From Gemmatimonadota bacterium (GTDB taxonomy: Bacteria > Gemmatimonadota > Gemmatimonadetes > Gemmatimonadales > Gemmatimonadaceae): a stretch of 14,035 bases of DNA. The notes under the pieces were generated by a model. The model saw only the letters and a list, made by a program, of their open reading frames with translations, did not search any database and was not told the origin of the DNA. This document shows positions 1-7,504 of the stretch, in pieces. The DNA lies in NCBI GenBank assembly GCA_031372565.1, contig JANMLN010000190.1, forward strand, positions 1 through 14,035. The letters are read 5' to 3'. Position numbers and translations under genes: made by a program. Within the stretch, counting starts at the first letter, position 1. Each line of letters starts with the position of its first letter.

Positions 1-1
1 G

Positions 2-280
2 GCGCTGGCCGCGATCAATGCCGAAGCGGCCAAGCGGTGGCCGGGCAAGGGTCGTGTGGGCGCGCTCACCGATGCGCAGCAGCACGAGATCATGACCTGG
101 ATCGAGAAGGAGAAGCCGGACGCCTTCGGGATGCTCAAGGGAATGAGCGTCGCGGGGATGTTCGCCATGCCCTCGCGCGGCGGCAATCGCAACAAGGCCG
201 GCTGGAAGCTGATCGGCTTCAAGGATCAGTTCTCGTGGAAGGCGCCCTACGGGTGGTATGACGGGGAGGGCGCCAAGTGA
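2..280 (+). CDS. Gluconate 2-dehydrogenase subunit 3-like (small/gamma subunit) protein, 5'-truncated by the window edge
   Basis: The frame is open from position 2 (ALAAINAEAAKRWPGKGRVGALTDAQQHEIM...). It contains GMFAMPSRGGNRNKAGWKLIGF, matching the G.F..P..GGN....GWK.IGF signature of this family. The stop TGA overlaps the GMC start (GTGA 277-280), the usual arrangement of these partners. Confidence 0.85.
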   Translation, partial: ALAAINAEAAKRWPGKGRVGALTDAQQHEIMTWIEKEKPDAFGMLKGMSVAGMFAMPSRGGNRNKAGWKLIGFKDQFSWKAPYGWYDGEGAK

Positions 281-1995
281 GCGACCACGAACATCGGCAT
301 GCCGGCGCGCCGACCGGTCCGGCTCCAAAGACGCCCAAGTACAGCCCCAAGGACGCCGTGGATTTCGTCGTCGTGGGATCGGGCTCCGCGGGCGGCGTGG
401 TGGCGCGCGAACTCTCGCGCGCCGGCTTCCAGGTCCTCGTGCTCGAGCAGGGGCCGCGCTTGGGGCCCAATGACTTCACGCATGATGAGCTGACGATCAA
501 TCAGGAGAACCTGCTCGTCAACAAGCCGTGGCTGGCGCAGCAAACGTATCGCCGGCGTCCCGAGGACAAGGCGAAGATCATGGGCGGCGGCGTGCAGTAC
601 GGCCGTGTGGTCGGCGGCGGGTCCGTGCACTTCACCGCCAACTTCTGGCGCTTGCACCCGATCGACTTCAAGGAAGCCTCGAAGGTGGGCCGCATTCCGG
701 GCACGACCTTCAGCGACTGGCCGATCTCGTACGAGGACCTGGAGCCGTACTACACCAAGGTCGAGTGGGACATCGGCGTCGCGGGACTTGCCGGCGCGAG
801 TCCGTTCGATCCGCCGCGCAGCAAGCCGTATCCGATGCCGCCGCACCCCATCGCCAGTACCGGCGTGCTGATGGAGAAGGGGGCGAAGAAGATGGGCTGG
901 ACCGCGTTCCCGGCGCCGATGGCCATCGCGAGCACGCCGTACCGAGGGCGCTCGGGGTGCGTCGCCTGCGGCTTCTGCCTTGGCATGGGGTGCGAAGTCG
1001 GAGCCAAGTCGAGCACGCTGTTCACCGCCATTCCCGACGCCGAGCGAACGGGCCGGTGCGAGATCCGCCCCGACTGCTACGTGCGCAAGGTCGAAGTCAA
1101 CGACAAGGGACTGGTCACGGGGGTCACCTACTTCGACAAGAACAAGAAGGAAGTCTTCCAGCGGGCCAAGGCGGTGATCCTCTGCGCCAATGGCGCCGAG
1201 ACGCCGCGGTTGCTCCTGATGAGCAAGTCGAACCGGTTCCCGAACGGGCTCGCCAACTCGAGCGGCATGGTCGGGCAGAACATCATGTTCAACGGGAACG
1301 TGGTGGCCAACGGCGTCTTCGAGCACGAGGTGAACGGCCACAAGGGAGTTGCCGTCTCGCGCATCGTGCATGACACGTACGAACTGGACCCGGCCAAGGT
1401 CGGTTTCCACGGCGGCGGTGGCTTCGACTTCCGGCAGATCTTCACCCCCGTATCGTTCGGCTTCGCTGGCGTGCCGCCGGGGACACCCGAGTGGGGGAGC
1501 GGATACAAGAAGGCGTTGGCCGACGGGTTCACGCGCACGGTCAACTGCTTCGGGCACACCACGTCGCTGCCGGTGGCCACAAACTCCATCAGCCTCGACG
1601 ACGAGGTGAAGGACGTGTGGGGACTGCCCGTGATCCGGCTGACCTACTCGGACCACGAGAACGATCTCAAGGTCTACGACTGGTTCGCCAAGCGCGCGCA
1701 GGAGCTGCTCGATGCGGCCGGCGCGCAGAAGAGCTGGACCTTTCCCACGACAGGCGATGTGCAGGGCGGTGGCCCGCACCTGCTCGGTACCTGCCGCATG
1801 GGCAACGATCCCGCGTCGAGCGTGGTGAACGCCTCGCACCGGGCGCACGACGTGCCCAACCTGTTCATGGTGGACGGGTCGTCGTTCGTGACCGGCGGTC
1901 GCGGCCAACCGACGATGACCATCATGGCGCTGGCGTTCCGGGCCGGGGACCTGATCGCGAAGGCCGCGAAGGCAGGGGAGATTCCGTCGGCCTGA
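277..1995 (+). CDS. GMC family FAD-dependent oxidoreductase (sugar/sugar-acid dehydrogenase large-subunit type), 572 aa
   Basis: Rossmann motif VVVGSGSAGG followed by VLVLEQG; GRVVGGGSVHF flavin loop; WPISYEDLEPYY; Cys cluster CVACGFCLGMGC (958-993); ANGAETPRLLLMS; C-terminal HLLGTCRMG and NLFMVDGS. SD-like GGGGAGGG at 263-270 precedes GTG 277. No signal peptide. Confidence 0.93.
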   Translation: MSDHEHRHAGAPTGPAPKTPKYSPKDAVDFVVVGSGSAGGVVARELSRAGFQVLVLEQGPRLGPNDFTHDELTINQENLLVNKPWLAQQTYRRRPEDKAKIMGGGVQYGRVVGGGSVHFTANFWRLHPIDFKEASKVGRIPGTTFSDWPISYEDLEPYYTKVEWDIGVAGLAGASPFDPPRSKPYPMPPHPIASTGVLMEKGAKKMGWTAFPAPMAIASTPYRGRSGCVACGFCLGMGCEVGAKSSTLFTAIPDAERTGRCEIRPDCYVRKVEVNDKGLVTGVTYFDKNKKEVFQRAKAVILCANGAETPRLLLMSKSNRFPNGLANSSGMVGQNIMFNGNVVANGVFEHEVNGHKGVAVSRIVHDTYELDPAKVGFHGGGGFDFRQIFTPVSFGFAGVPPGTPEWGSGYKKALADGFTRTVNCFGHTTSLPVATNSISLDDEVKDVWGLPVIRLTYSDHENDLKVYDWFAKRAQELLDAAGAQKSWTFPTTGDVQGGGPHLLGTCRMGNDPASSVVNASHRAHDVPNLFMVDGSSFVTGGRGQPTMTIMALAFRAGDLIAKAAKAGEIPSA

Positions 1996-2098
1996 GTGCA
2001 CGTGGTACGGCGTCAACCTGTTTGTACATCGAACGGCTCCTGGTCACGACGAACGGTGCCGTTCGAACTTTTCGGGATGGCGGACTCGGGAACATGCG

Positions 2099-2104
2099 TA
2101 TACT
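2099..2104 (+). promoter_or_regulatory. Possible sigma70 -10 hexamer (TATACT) upstream of the histidine kinase
   Basis: Near-consensus TATACT in the relatively AT-rich 1996-2233 intergenic stretch. No convincing -35 element seen. Confidence 0.3.
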
Positions 2105-2233
2105 GTGAAATAGTCGAGACAGTCTCCTGACCCATTCGTGCGTGCCCACGATGACGTGAGTTCGCAAGTCAGGTAGGCGCGGGGAACGACCGGCACGCAC
2201 TGTTTCGCGACGTTGCGGAGGGTGGCCCCAGGG

Positions 2234-3850
2234 ATGGAACGACTGTCGAGTGACCGGCGCATGGACGATCGACCCCGTGCCGATGACGATCCTGCGGCGC
2301 TCGCTGCCGTGGTCGCGGATCTGGAACAGGCGCACTCGCGCCTGAACGCGCTGCTCACCGCCGTCCCGATGGCGCTGATCGAGCTCGGCCTCGATGGCTC
2401 CATCCAACTCTGGAATCCGGGGGCCGAGGCGTTGTACGGGTTCCGCGCGCGCGACGTCGTGGGTGCACGGCTGCCCACCATCCGTGCGGACGAGGAGACG
2501 TTCACGAGCTGGGTGATCGACGAAACCCTGGCCGGCCGACCGCTCCGGAACTTCGAGACCGTTCGCTGGCGGCAGGATGGCTCTGCGGTTGATGTGTCGA
2601 TCTCCACCTCTGCCGTCTTCGATCAGGACGATCGCCCTGTGGGCGTGCTCAAGGCGGCGGTCGACATGACCGAGCGCAATCGCCTGCAGCGCGAGGCCCG
2701 CGGCGCCCTGCGCATGGACCTGCTGGGTCGGCTCGCCAGCGGGCTGGCGCACGACTTCAACAACCTGCTGACCGTCATTCTCAATCACGCACACTTCATC
2801 GAGGCGGGAACGACGCTGGAGTCGTCGGCGCACGCCGATGCGGAGCGGGTGCGGGAGGCTGCCGAGCGGGCGGCGCGCCTGACGAAGCAATTGCTGTCGC
2901 TCGGGCAGGCGCGCGAGGCCGCACCAACGCGCGCCGTGGACCTGTGCGCCGCGGTCGCTGAGTTGCAGCCGCTGCTCGCCGCCATGGTGGGGCCGAACGT
3001 GACGATCACGATGTCCGACGATGGTGCGCAGCCGTTCGTCATGGCCGATCAGACGCAGATCGAGCAGCTTGTGTCCAATCTCGTGATCAACGCGCGCGAT
3101 GCCATGCCACGCGGCGGCCGGATCCAGGTGCGCGCCGAGGTCGCGGTGATGCGGGGCGAACACCTCGATGCCGCGCACGGCGGCGCCTTCGCGCGTCTGG
3201 TCGTCACCGACGAGGGGGTGGGGATGACGCGCGAGGTGCTCGACCGCGTCTTCGAGCCGTTCTACACGACCAAGCAGGGTGACGCGGGCAGCGGACTGGG
3301 GCTGATGGTGGTGCACGACGTCATCGAACGTCTCGGCGGCTTCATCGACGTACAGAGTACGGTCGGTGTGGGGACGCGTGTGACCTTGTACTTCCCGCTG
3401 GCCATTGTGGAGGGCACGGCGAGCGCGGCAGCCGCCGTGCACACGGCGTTGACCGGGACGGAGAGCGTGCTCGCCGTGGCCGGCACGCCGGAGATCCGTA
3501 GCTTGATCGAGCGCACGTTGCAGCAGCAGGGGTATGCGGTGACGGCACTGAGTTCGGTCAGCGAAGCACTGGCGTGGCTCCACGATCCCGCCCGGCCGGT
3601 TCGCCTCGTCGTGACGGAGCTGTTCCTGCCGGGAGCCCAGGGGGCGGCGCTCGCGCGCAGCGTGCCGGCGCTGCGGCCCAATGCGCGCGTGCTGATGGTG
3701 ACGGGTCGCCCGGTGGGCGAGCTCACGCGCCACGGGTTGAACGCCGATCCGCTGCACGTGATCGAGAAGCCGTTCACTCCCGAGCGACTCGCCGAGCGTG
3801 TGCGGCAGTGTCTGGACGCCGCGCCGCGCCCGCTGACACCGAACGGCTGA
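2234..3850 (+). CDS. Cytoplasmic hybrid sensor histidine kinase (PAS - HisKA - HATPase_c - degenerate receiver)
   Basis: PAS motif WNPGAEALYGF...VVG; H-box LAHDFNNLL (His codon 2750-2752); N-box NLVINARDAM; G1 DEGVGM; F-box FEPFYTTK; G2 GSGLGL; C-terminal REC fold ending in KPF. No transmembrane segment. ATG 2234 chosen for GGAGGG at 2217-2222; ATG 2261 is an alternative start. Confidence 0.92.
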   Translation: MERLSSDRRMDDRPRADDDPAALAAVVADLEQAHSRLNALLTAVPMALIELGLDGSIQLWNPGAEALYGFRARDVVGARLPTIRADEETFTSWVIDETLAGRPLRNFETVRWRQDGSAVDVSISTSAVFDQDDRPVGVLKAAVDMTERNRLQREARGALRMDLLGRLASGLAHDFNNLLTVILNHAHFIEAGTTLESSAHADAERVREAAERAARLTKQLLSLGQAREAAPTRAVDLCAAVAELQPLLAAMVGPNVTITMSDDGAQPFVMADQTQIEQLVSNLVINARDAMPRGGRIQVRAEVAVMRGEHLDAAHGGAFARLVVTDEGVGMTREVLDRVFEPFYTTKQGDAGSGLGLMVVHDVIERLGGFIDVQSTVGVGTRVTLYFPLAIVEGTASAAAAVHTALTGTESVLAVAGTPEIRSLIERTLQQQGYAVTALSSVSEALAWLHDPARPVRLVVTELFLPGAQGAALARSVPALRPNARVLMVTGRPVGELTRHGLNADPLHVIEKPFTPERLAERVRQCLDAAPRPLTPNG

Positions 3851-3903
3851 CCGGCGGCGCACGTCGACGTCGGACACGATTTGCGGAGCGGTGCGCCGCG
3901 CGG

Positions 3904-3928
3904 TAGCGTTGGCGCGTCCTCACCGGAG
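3904..3928 (+). promoter_or_regulatory. Possible -10 hexamer (TAGCGT, 3904-3909) and SD (GGAG, 3925-3928) for the amidohydrolase
   Basis: A TANNNT hexamer in the short intergenic gap, and GGAG 6 nt before ATG 3935. Confidence 0.35.
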
Positions 3929-3934
3929 CTGTTG

Positions 3935-5611
3935 ATGTCGTCTGCTGTTCTGCGCGTGTCGGCACGAGCGCTGGCCTTGTCGGCCTGCGTCGCCCTGAGC
4001 GCCCTCGCGGTGCCGCGTTCGGCCGACGGACAGGAGCGGGTGCTCGTGTCGAACAACGGGCCGGGTGGCCTCCCGATGGGCACGATTCGTGGCGAAAAGG
4101 GGAAGCGGCTGGTCATTCGCAACGCGATCGTCCTCTCCGGGCGCGGCACGCCAGGCAGCAACCGCGCCATGCCGCCCGAGGGTCCCGTGGACATCGTCAT
4201 CGAGAACGGGATCATCGTCGACATGATCGCGATGGATCCGGTCAACGCGGCCGGATACGGCACCAGGTTCCAGCGGGCCACCGGCGACATCGTCATCGAC
4301 GCCAAGGGACAGTACGTCACGCCAGGCCTCGTCGAGATGCACGCGCACCTGCCGCCGCGCGGAAACGAACTCGGGCCCCGCGGCATGGACTATGCCTACC
4401 GCCTCTACATGGGCCACGGCATCACGGCCGTGCGCGACGCAGGTGACGGGGCCGGCACCCCCTTTCTCGTCGAGCAGAAGAAGGCGATCGAGTCGGGCGC
4501 GCTCGTGGGGCCGCGGCTCATCCTGTGCCAGCGCTGGCCGCTGCCGCTGCGTCACTGGGATGTGGGCAACACGCCCGACAAGGCGCGCGTCATGGTCAAG
4601 GAGTTCAAGGCGCTCGGCGCCGACTGCATCAAGGTGTCGAAGAGTCCCGGCCACTACCCGGACGTGATGGAGGCCATTGCCGACGAGGGCAAGAAGCTCG
4701 GCATGTTCACCATGGTCGACCTCAAGGTGAGCGAGAGCGATGCCCGGGTGGCGTCGAACGCCGGCGTGAAGAGCATCGAGCACTGGTACGGCATTCCCGA
4801 TGCGGCGCTCACGGGATCGCAGAACTTCCCGGTCGACTACAACTACTGGAAGGAACTGGATCGGTTCCGCTACGCGGGCATGCTGTGGGCGGAGGCCGAC
4901 CGGCAGCCGGAGCGCATCTCGGCGGTCATCGACCTGATGATCAAGAACAACACGAACTGGGACCCGACGCTCTCGGTGTACGAGGACAACCGCGACTGGT
5001 GGCGCAAGATCGGCCTGCCGACCAACGCCTCGCTCGCGCACCCCTCACAAACCGTCGTGAGCCCCGACTCGGGTACGCACGGCGCCTTCAAGACGGAGTG
5101 GAAGACGTCGGACGAGATCATGTGGAAGAAGAACTTTTCCATCTGGATGCGCTGGGTGAAGACGTATCACGAGCGCGGCGGTCAACTCACGGCCGGCAGC
5201 GATGACGCGGCGAGCGGTGGCATCAGCATGATTCGAGAGCTCGAGCTGATGCAGGAGACCGGCATCCATCCGATCGACGTGATCAAGGTGGCGACCACCA
5301 ACGCCTACGCCGCGCTCGGCTGGAAGGAGCATTGCGGTGTGCGCGTGGGATGCCGCGCCGACCTGAGCGTCGTCAACGGCAATCCGCTCGACAACTTCAA
5401 GGTCATGTATGGGCGCGGCTACGGCTTCGCCGGCCTCAAGCCGCCGGGCGAGCTCTGGAAGCTGGGCGGCGTGTCGTGGACCATCATCGGCGGCACGGCG
5501 TGGGACGCGCAGGGGCTGTTGCGCGAGGTCGAGGGCTACGTCGAGAGCGAGCGGCAGCGGCTCAAGATGAAGGCGACGGGCGCGACCTCGCAGGAAGGCC
5601 CCGCCAGATAG
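3935..5611 (+). CDS. Secreted metal-dependent amidohydrolase family protein (TIM barrel plus flanking beta-sandwich)
   Basis: VIDAKGQYVTPGLVEMHAH (HxH at 4340-4348); GITAVRDAG; GADCIKV (position of the carbamylated Lys); SIEH (4781); AGSD (Asp 5201); RELELMQETG, ATTN and G.RADL.VVNGNPL. Sec-type signal peptide MSSAVLRVSARALALSACVALSALAVPRSADG/Q. ATG 3935 has an SD, so it is preferred over the track's TTG 3881. Confidence 0.88.
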   Translation: MSSAVLRVSARALALSACVALSALAVPRSADGQERVLVSNNGPGGLPMGTIRGEKGKRLVIRNAIVLSGRGTPGSNRAMPPEGPVDIVIENGIIVDMIAMDPVNAAGYGTRFQRATGDIVIDAKGQYVTPGLVEMHAHLPPRGNELGPRGMDYAYRLYMGHGITAVRDAGDGAGTPFLVEQKKAIESGALVGPRLILCQRWPLPLRHWDVGNTPDKARVMVKEFKALGADCIKVSKSPGHYPDVMEAIADEGKKLGMFTMVDLKVSESDARVASNAGVKSIEHWYGIPDAALTGSQNFPVDYNYWKELDRFRYAGMLWAEADRQPERISAVIDLMIKNNTNWDPTLSVYEDNRDWWRKIGLPTNASLAHPSQTVVSPDSGTHGAFKTEWKTSDEIMWKKNFSIWMRWVKTYHERGGQLTAGSDDAASGGISMIRELELMQETGIHPIDVIKVATTNAYAALGWKEHCGVRVGCRADLSVVNGNPLDNFKVMYGRGYGFAGLKPPGELWKLGGVSWTIIGGTAWDAQGLLREVEGYVESERQRLKMKATGATSQEGPAR

Positions 5612-5627
5612 ACGCGTCGGACCTTGG

Positions 5628-6908
5628 TTACCGCGTGGCGCAGGCCGGACCGTCGCAGCGCAAGCTCACGAACAGCTCGCTGATCATCATCCAGTTGCCG
5701 CCCTCGCGCACCCAGTGCGCGAGATAACGACCGCCGAAGCTCGACGCCGCGCCGCCCACGCTCGCGGTGCCCACCCAGGTCCCTTCCTCGGCGGCGCGCG
5801 CGCGATCGGCGCTCACCTCGATGCGCGACGGCGTGCGCACATAGCGGCTCGCGCTGTCGGTGGTCCACTGTTGTGCCATGCTCGCGACGTAGGCGTCGCG
5901 GCTGTCATGGTGCTTGCCGGTGCTCGTCGTCACGCGCATGTCGGCGCGCAGCGTTGCGGCAAAGGCGACCGCATCGCGCGCCGCGATCGCCTGGTTGCTC
6001 ATCGCGCGCATGTTGCGGACACCGGTCGAATCGGAGGGTGCCGACACGAGGGCGACGCGGTCGCCCTGTGCGTTGAGCGACACGCGTACGAGCGACTGCA
6101 ACTCGGGGTCGGTGAAGGTGGCCACGACGCGCCAGTCGCTGTCCTGCTTCGGGTCGAAGGCCCAGATCGTGTTGCCCGATGCCTCGAGCACCACGCCGCC
6201 CGGCGCGGCCGAATGCCAACCGACGTTGGGGCGGCTCCTCACGAGGCGGGTGAACCGCTTCTTGTCGATGTCGTAGCGCTCGAGCCACGGCGTACCGGCC
6301 GAGTCATCGCGGATGACCGTCACGGCACGCGCGCCGGGCACCGGCACGGGCTGCGCCCGGATGCGCTCACCGACGCGTTCGATGCGATGCGTGCGCAGGT
6401 CTTCGATGAGGAAGCCGCGGGTCGGTTCATTCACGTAGAAGGCGACCGTGCGCGCATCCACGAAGGCGTAGTAGCCGAGATGGTCGGCCTTGGCGAGCAA
6501 CGAGTCTGGCGTGCCGTCGGGCCGGTAGCGCCAGAGCCGCGTGCCGAGCCCCGCCTCTTCGCGCAGCAGCGTGATGAAGCCGTTGGCGGCCGGCTTCGGG
6601 CTGTACTCGTTCTCCGGTTCGCGCGACCGGCGGGTCACCGGCATGCCGTCGAGCGTGGTGCGGAACACGTCGTACTGCCGACCATCGCGTCCGGAGACGA
6701 ACAGGAGCGAGCGACCGTCGGCATCCCACCACGGGTGATTGTCGTACCCCGGGCTCTTCGAGGCGTTGGTGAGCGTACCGATCGTGAACGTGCCGCCCGT
6801 GAGGTCGAGTGGCGCGACCCAGATCTCGGTGTCGGGGCCCTGCGCCCGCGCGAGAGCCGGAGCGGCGGCGAGGCACAGCAAGGCGATGGCGCGACGCATG
6901 CCGGTCAT
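5628..6908 (-). CDS. Secreted TolB-like (PD40-type) beta-propeller fused to a C-terminal NTF2/SnoaL-like (DUF4440-like) domain
   Basis: Signal peptide MRRAIALLCLAAAPALARA/Q; propeller-like repeats GYDNHPWWDADGRSLLFVSGR and ENEYSPKP. The last ~130 aa (NQAIAARD...YVRTP..IEVS...AAEEGTWVG...GRYLAHWVREGGNWMMISELF) follow the NTF2-like pattern. ATGA overlap with the upstream ccmH-like gene at 6905-6908. Confidence 0.72.
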   Translation of the reverse strand: MTGMRRAIALLCLAAAPALARAQGPDTEIWVAPLDLTGGTFTIGTLTNASKSPGYDNHPWWDADGRSLLFVSGRDGRQYDVFRTTLDGMPVTRRSREPENEYSPKPAANGFITLLREEAGLGTRLWRYRPDGTPDSLLAKADHLGYYAFVDARTVAFYVNEPTRGFLIEDLRTHRIERVGERIRAQPVPVPGARAVTVIRDDSAGTPWLERYDIDKKRFTRLVRSRPNVGWHSAAPGGVVLEASGNTIWAFDPKQDSDWRVVATFTDPELQSLVRVSLNAQGDRVALVSAPSDSTGVRNMRAMSNQAIAARDAVAFAATLRADMRVTTSTGKHHDSRDAYVASMAQQWTTDSASRYVRTPSRIEVSADRARAAEEGTWVGTASVGGAASSFGGRYLAHWVREGGNWMMISELFVSLRCDGPACATR

Positions 6909-7504
6909 CCGTCGCGAAGGCGCGCGGCGAGCGCGGCATCGAGTGCGCGGTTGGTCTCGCCTGGCTCGATGGCGTCTGCGTGCGGCGTGGACGGCACGTC
7001 AGACAGGGGAAGGTCACGGCGGCGGCGGATGAACAGTGTGAGCACGAGCCCGGCCACGAGCACGAGACTGCCGGGCACCACCCACGCCAGCAGGCCGAAG
7101 CCAGAGCGATCGGGGGCCGAGCGAATCGCCTCACCGTAGGTGACCTTCAACTCGCTCAGCACCTGGTCGCGCGAGGCGCCCGCATCGAAGCGCGCCCGGA
7201 TGGCACGCCGGAGCGAATCGGCCGCCAGCGTCGGACAGTTGGTCAGGATGAGTCCGGGGCAGAAGGGGCTCATGATCTGGTCGATCAAGCTCGCCGCTTC
7301 GGGATGCACTTGTCCGACGGCGAGCATCCCTGCGGGCGTGGGCACCGCCGACGCTGGTTGCGCGGTGGCCGTCGCGGCCGTGGCAGCAGCACTGGCCGTG
7401 GTCGATGCGGCGCCGATCGTTGTGCTGACCTGCGCGACAGCTGACGTGATGGGCCAGGCGCCGACGGCGATGGCCAGCAGGAGTGACGGAACGATACGCG
7501 TCAT
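6905..7504 (-). CDS. ccmH: CcmH/CycL/NrfF-like cytochrome c-type biogenesis protein, atypical Cys spacing
   Basis: Signal peptide, Ala/Thr-rich linker, then IMSPFCPGLILTNCPT..ADSLRRAIR..FDAG.S.DQV...L...YGE.I..AP...GFGLLAWVVP and a TM helix followed by RRRR. This is the CcmH architecture. ATGA overlaps at both ends. Confidence 0.8.
   Translation of the reverse strand: MTRIVPSLLLAIAVGAWPITSAVAQVSTTIGAASTTASAAATAATATAQPASAVPTPAGMLAVGQVHPEAASLIDQIMSPFCPGLILTNCPTLAADSLRRAIRARFDAGASRDQVLSELKVTYGEAIRSAPDRSGFGLLAWVVPGSLVLVAGLVLTLFIRRRRDLPLSDVPSTPHADAIEPGETNRALDAALAARLRDG

Noticed and set aside
247..2016. 589-aa minus-strand ORF antisense to the GMC gene
   Set aside because: Shadow ORF caused by strong GC3 codon bias. 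It has no motifs, while the plus strand carries a full GMC signature.
2191..2208. CGGCACG...TTTCGC resembling a sigma54 promoter
   Set aside because: The GG-to-GC spacing is not the required 10 nt.
1922..3877. 651-aa minus-strand ORF antisense to the kinase
   Set aside because: Arg/His/Gln-rich antisense shadow of a clearly recognisable histidine kinase.
3861..3884. Palindrome ACGTCGACGT and a GG-N9-GC sigma54-like element between kinase and amidohydrolase
   Set aside because: No loop or U-tract for a terminator, such palindromes are common in this CG-rich DNA, and the sigma54 spacing is off by one.
3262..5041. Minus-strand ORFs 3262-4386 and 3920-5041
   Set aside because: They overlap the kinase and amidohydrolase in antisense and have no recognisable domains.
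5715..7139. 474-aa plus-strand ORF
   Set aside because: Antisense shadow of the propeller fusion and ccmH-like genes, which have signal peptides, motifs and coupled junctions.
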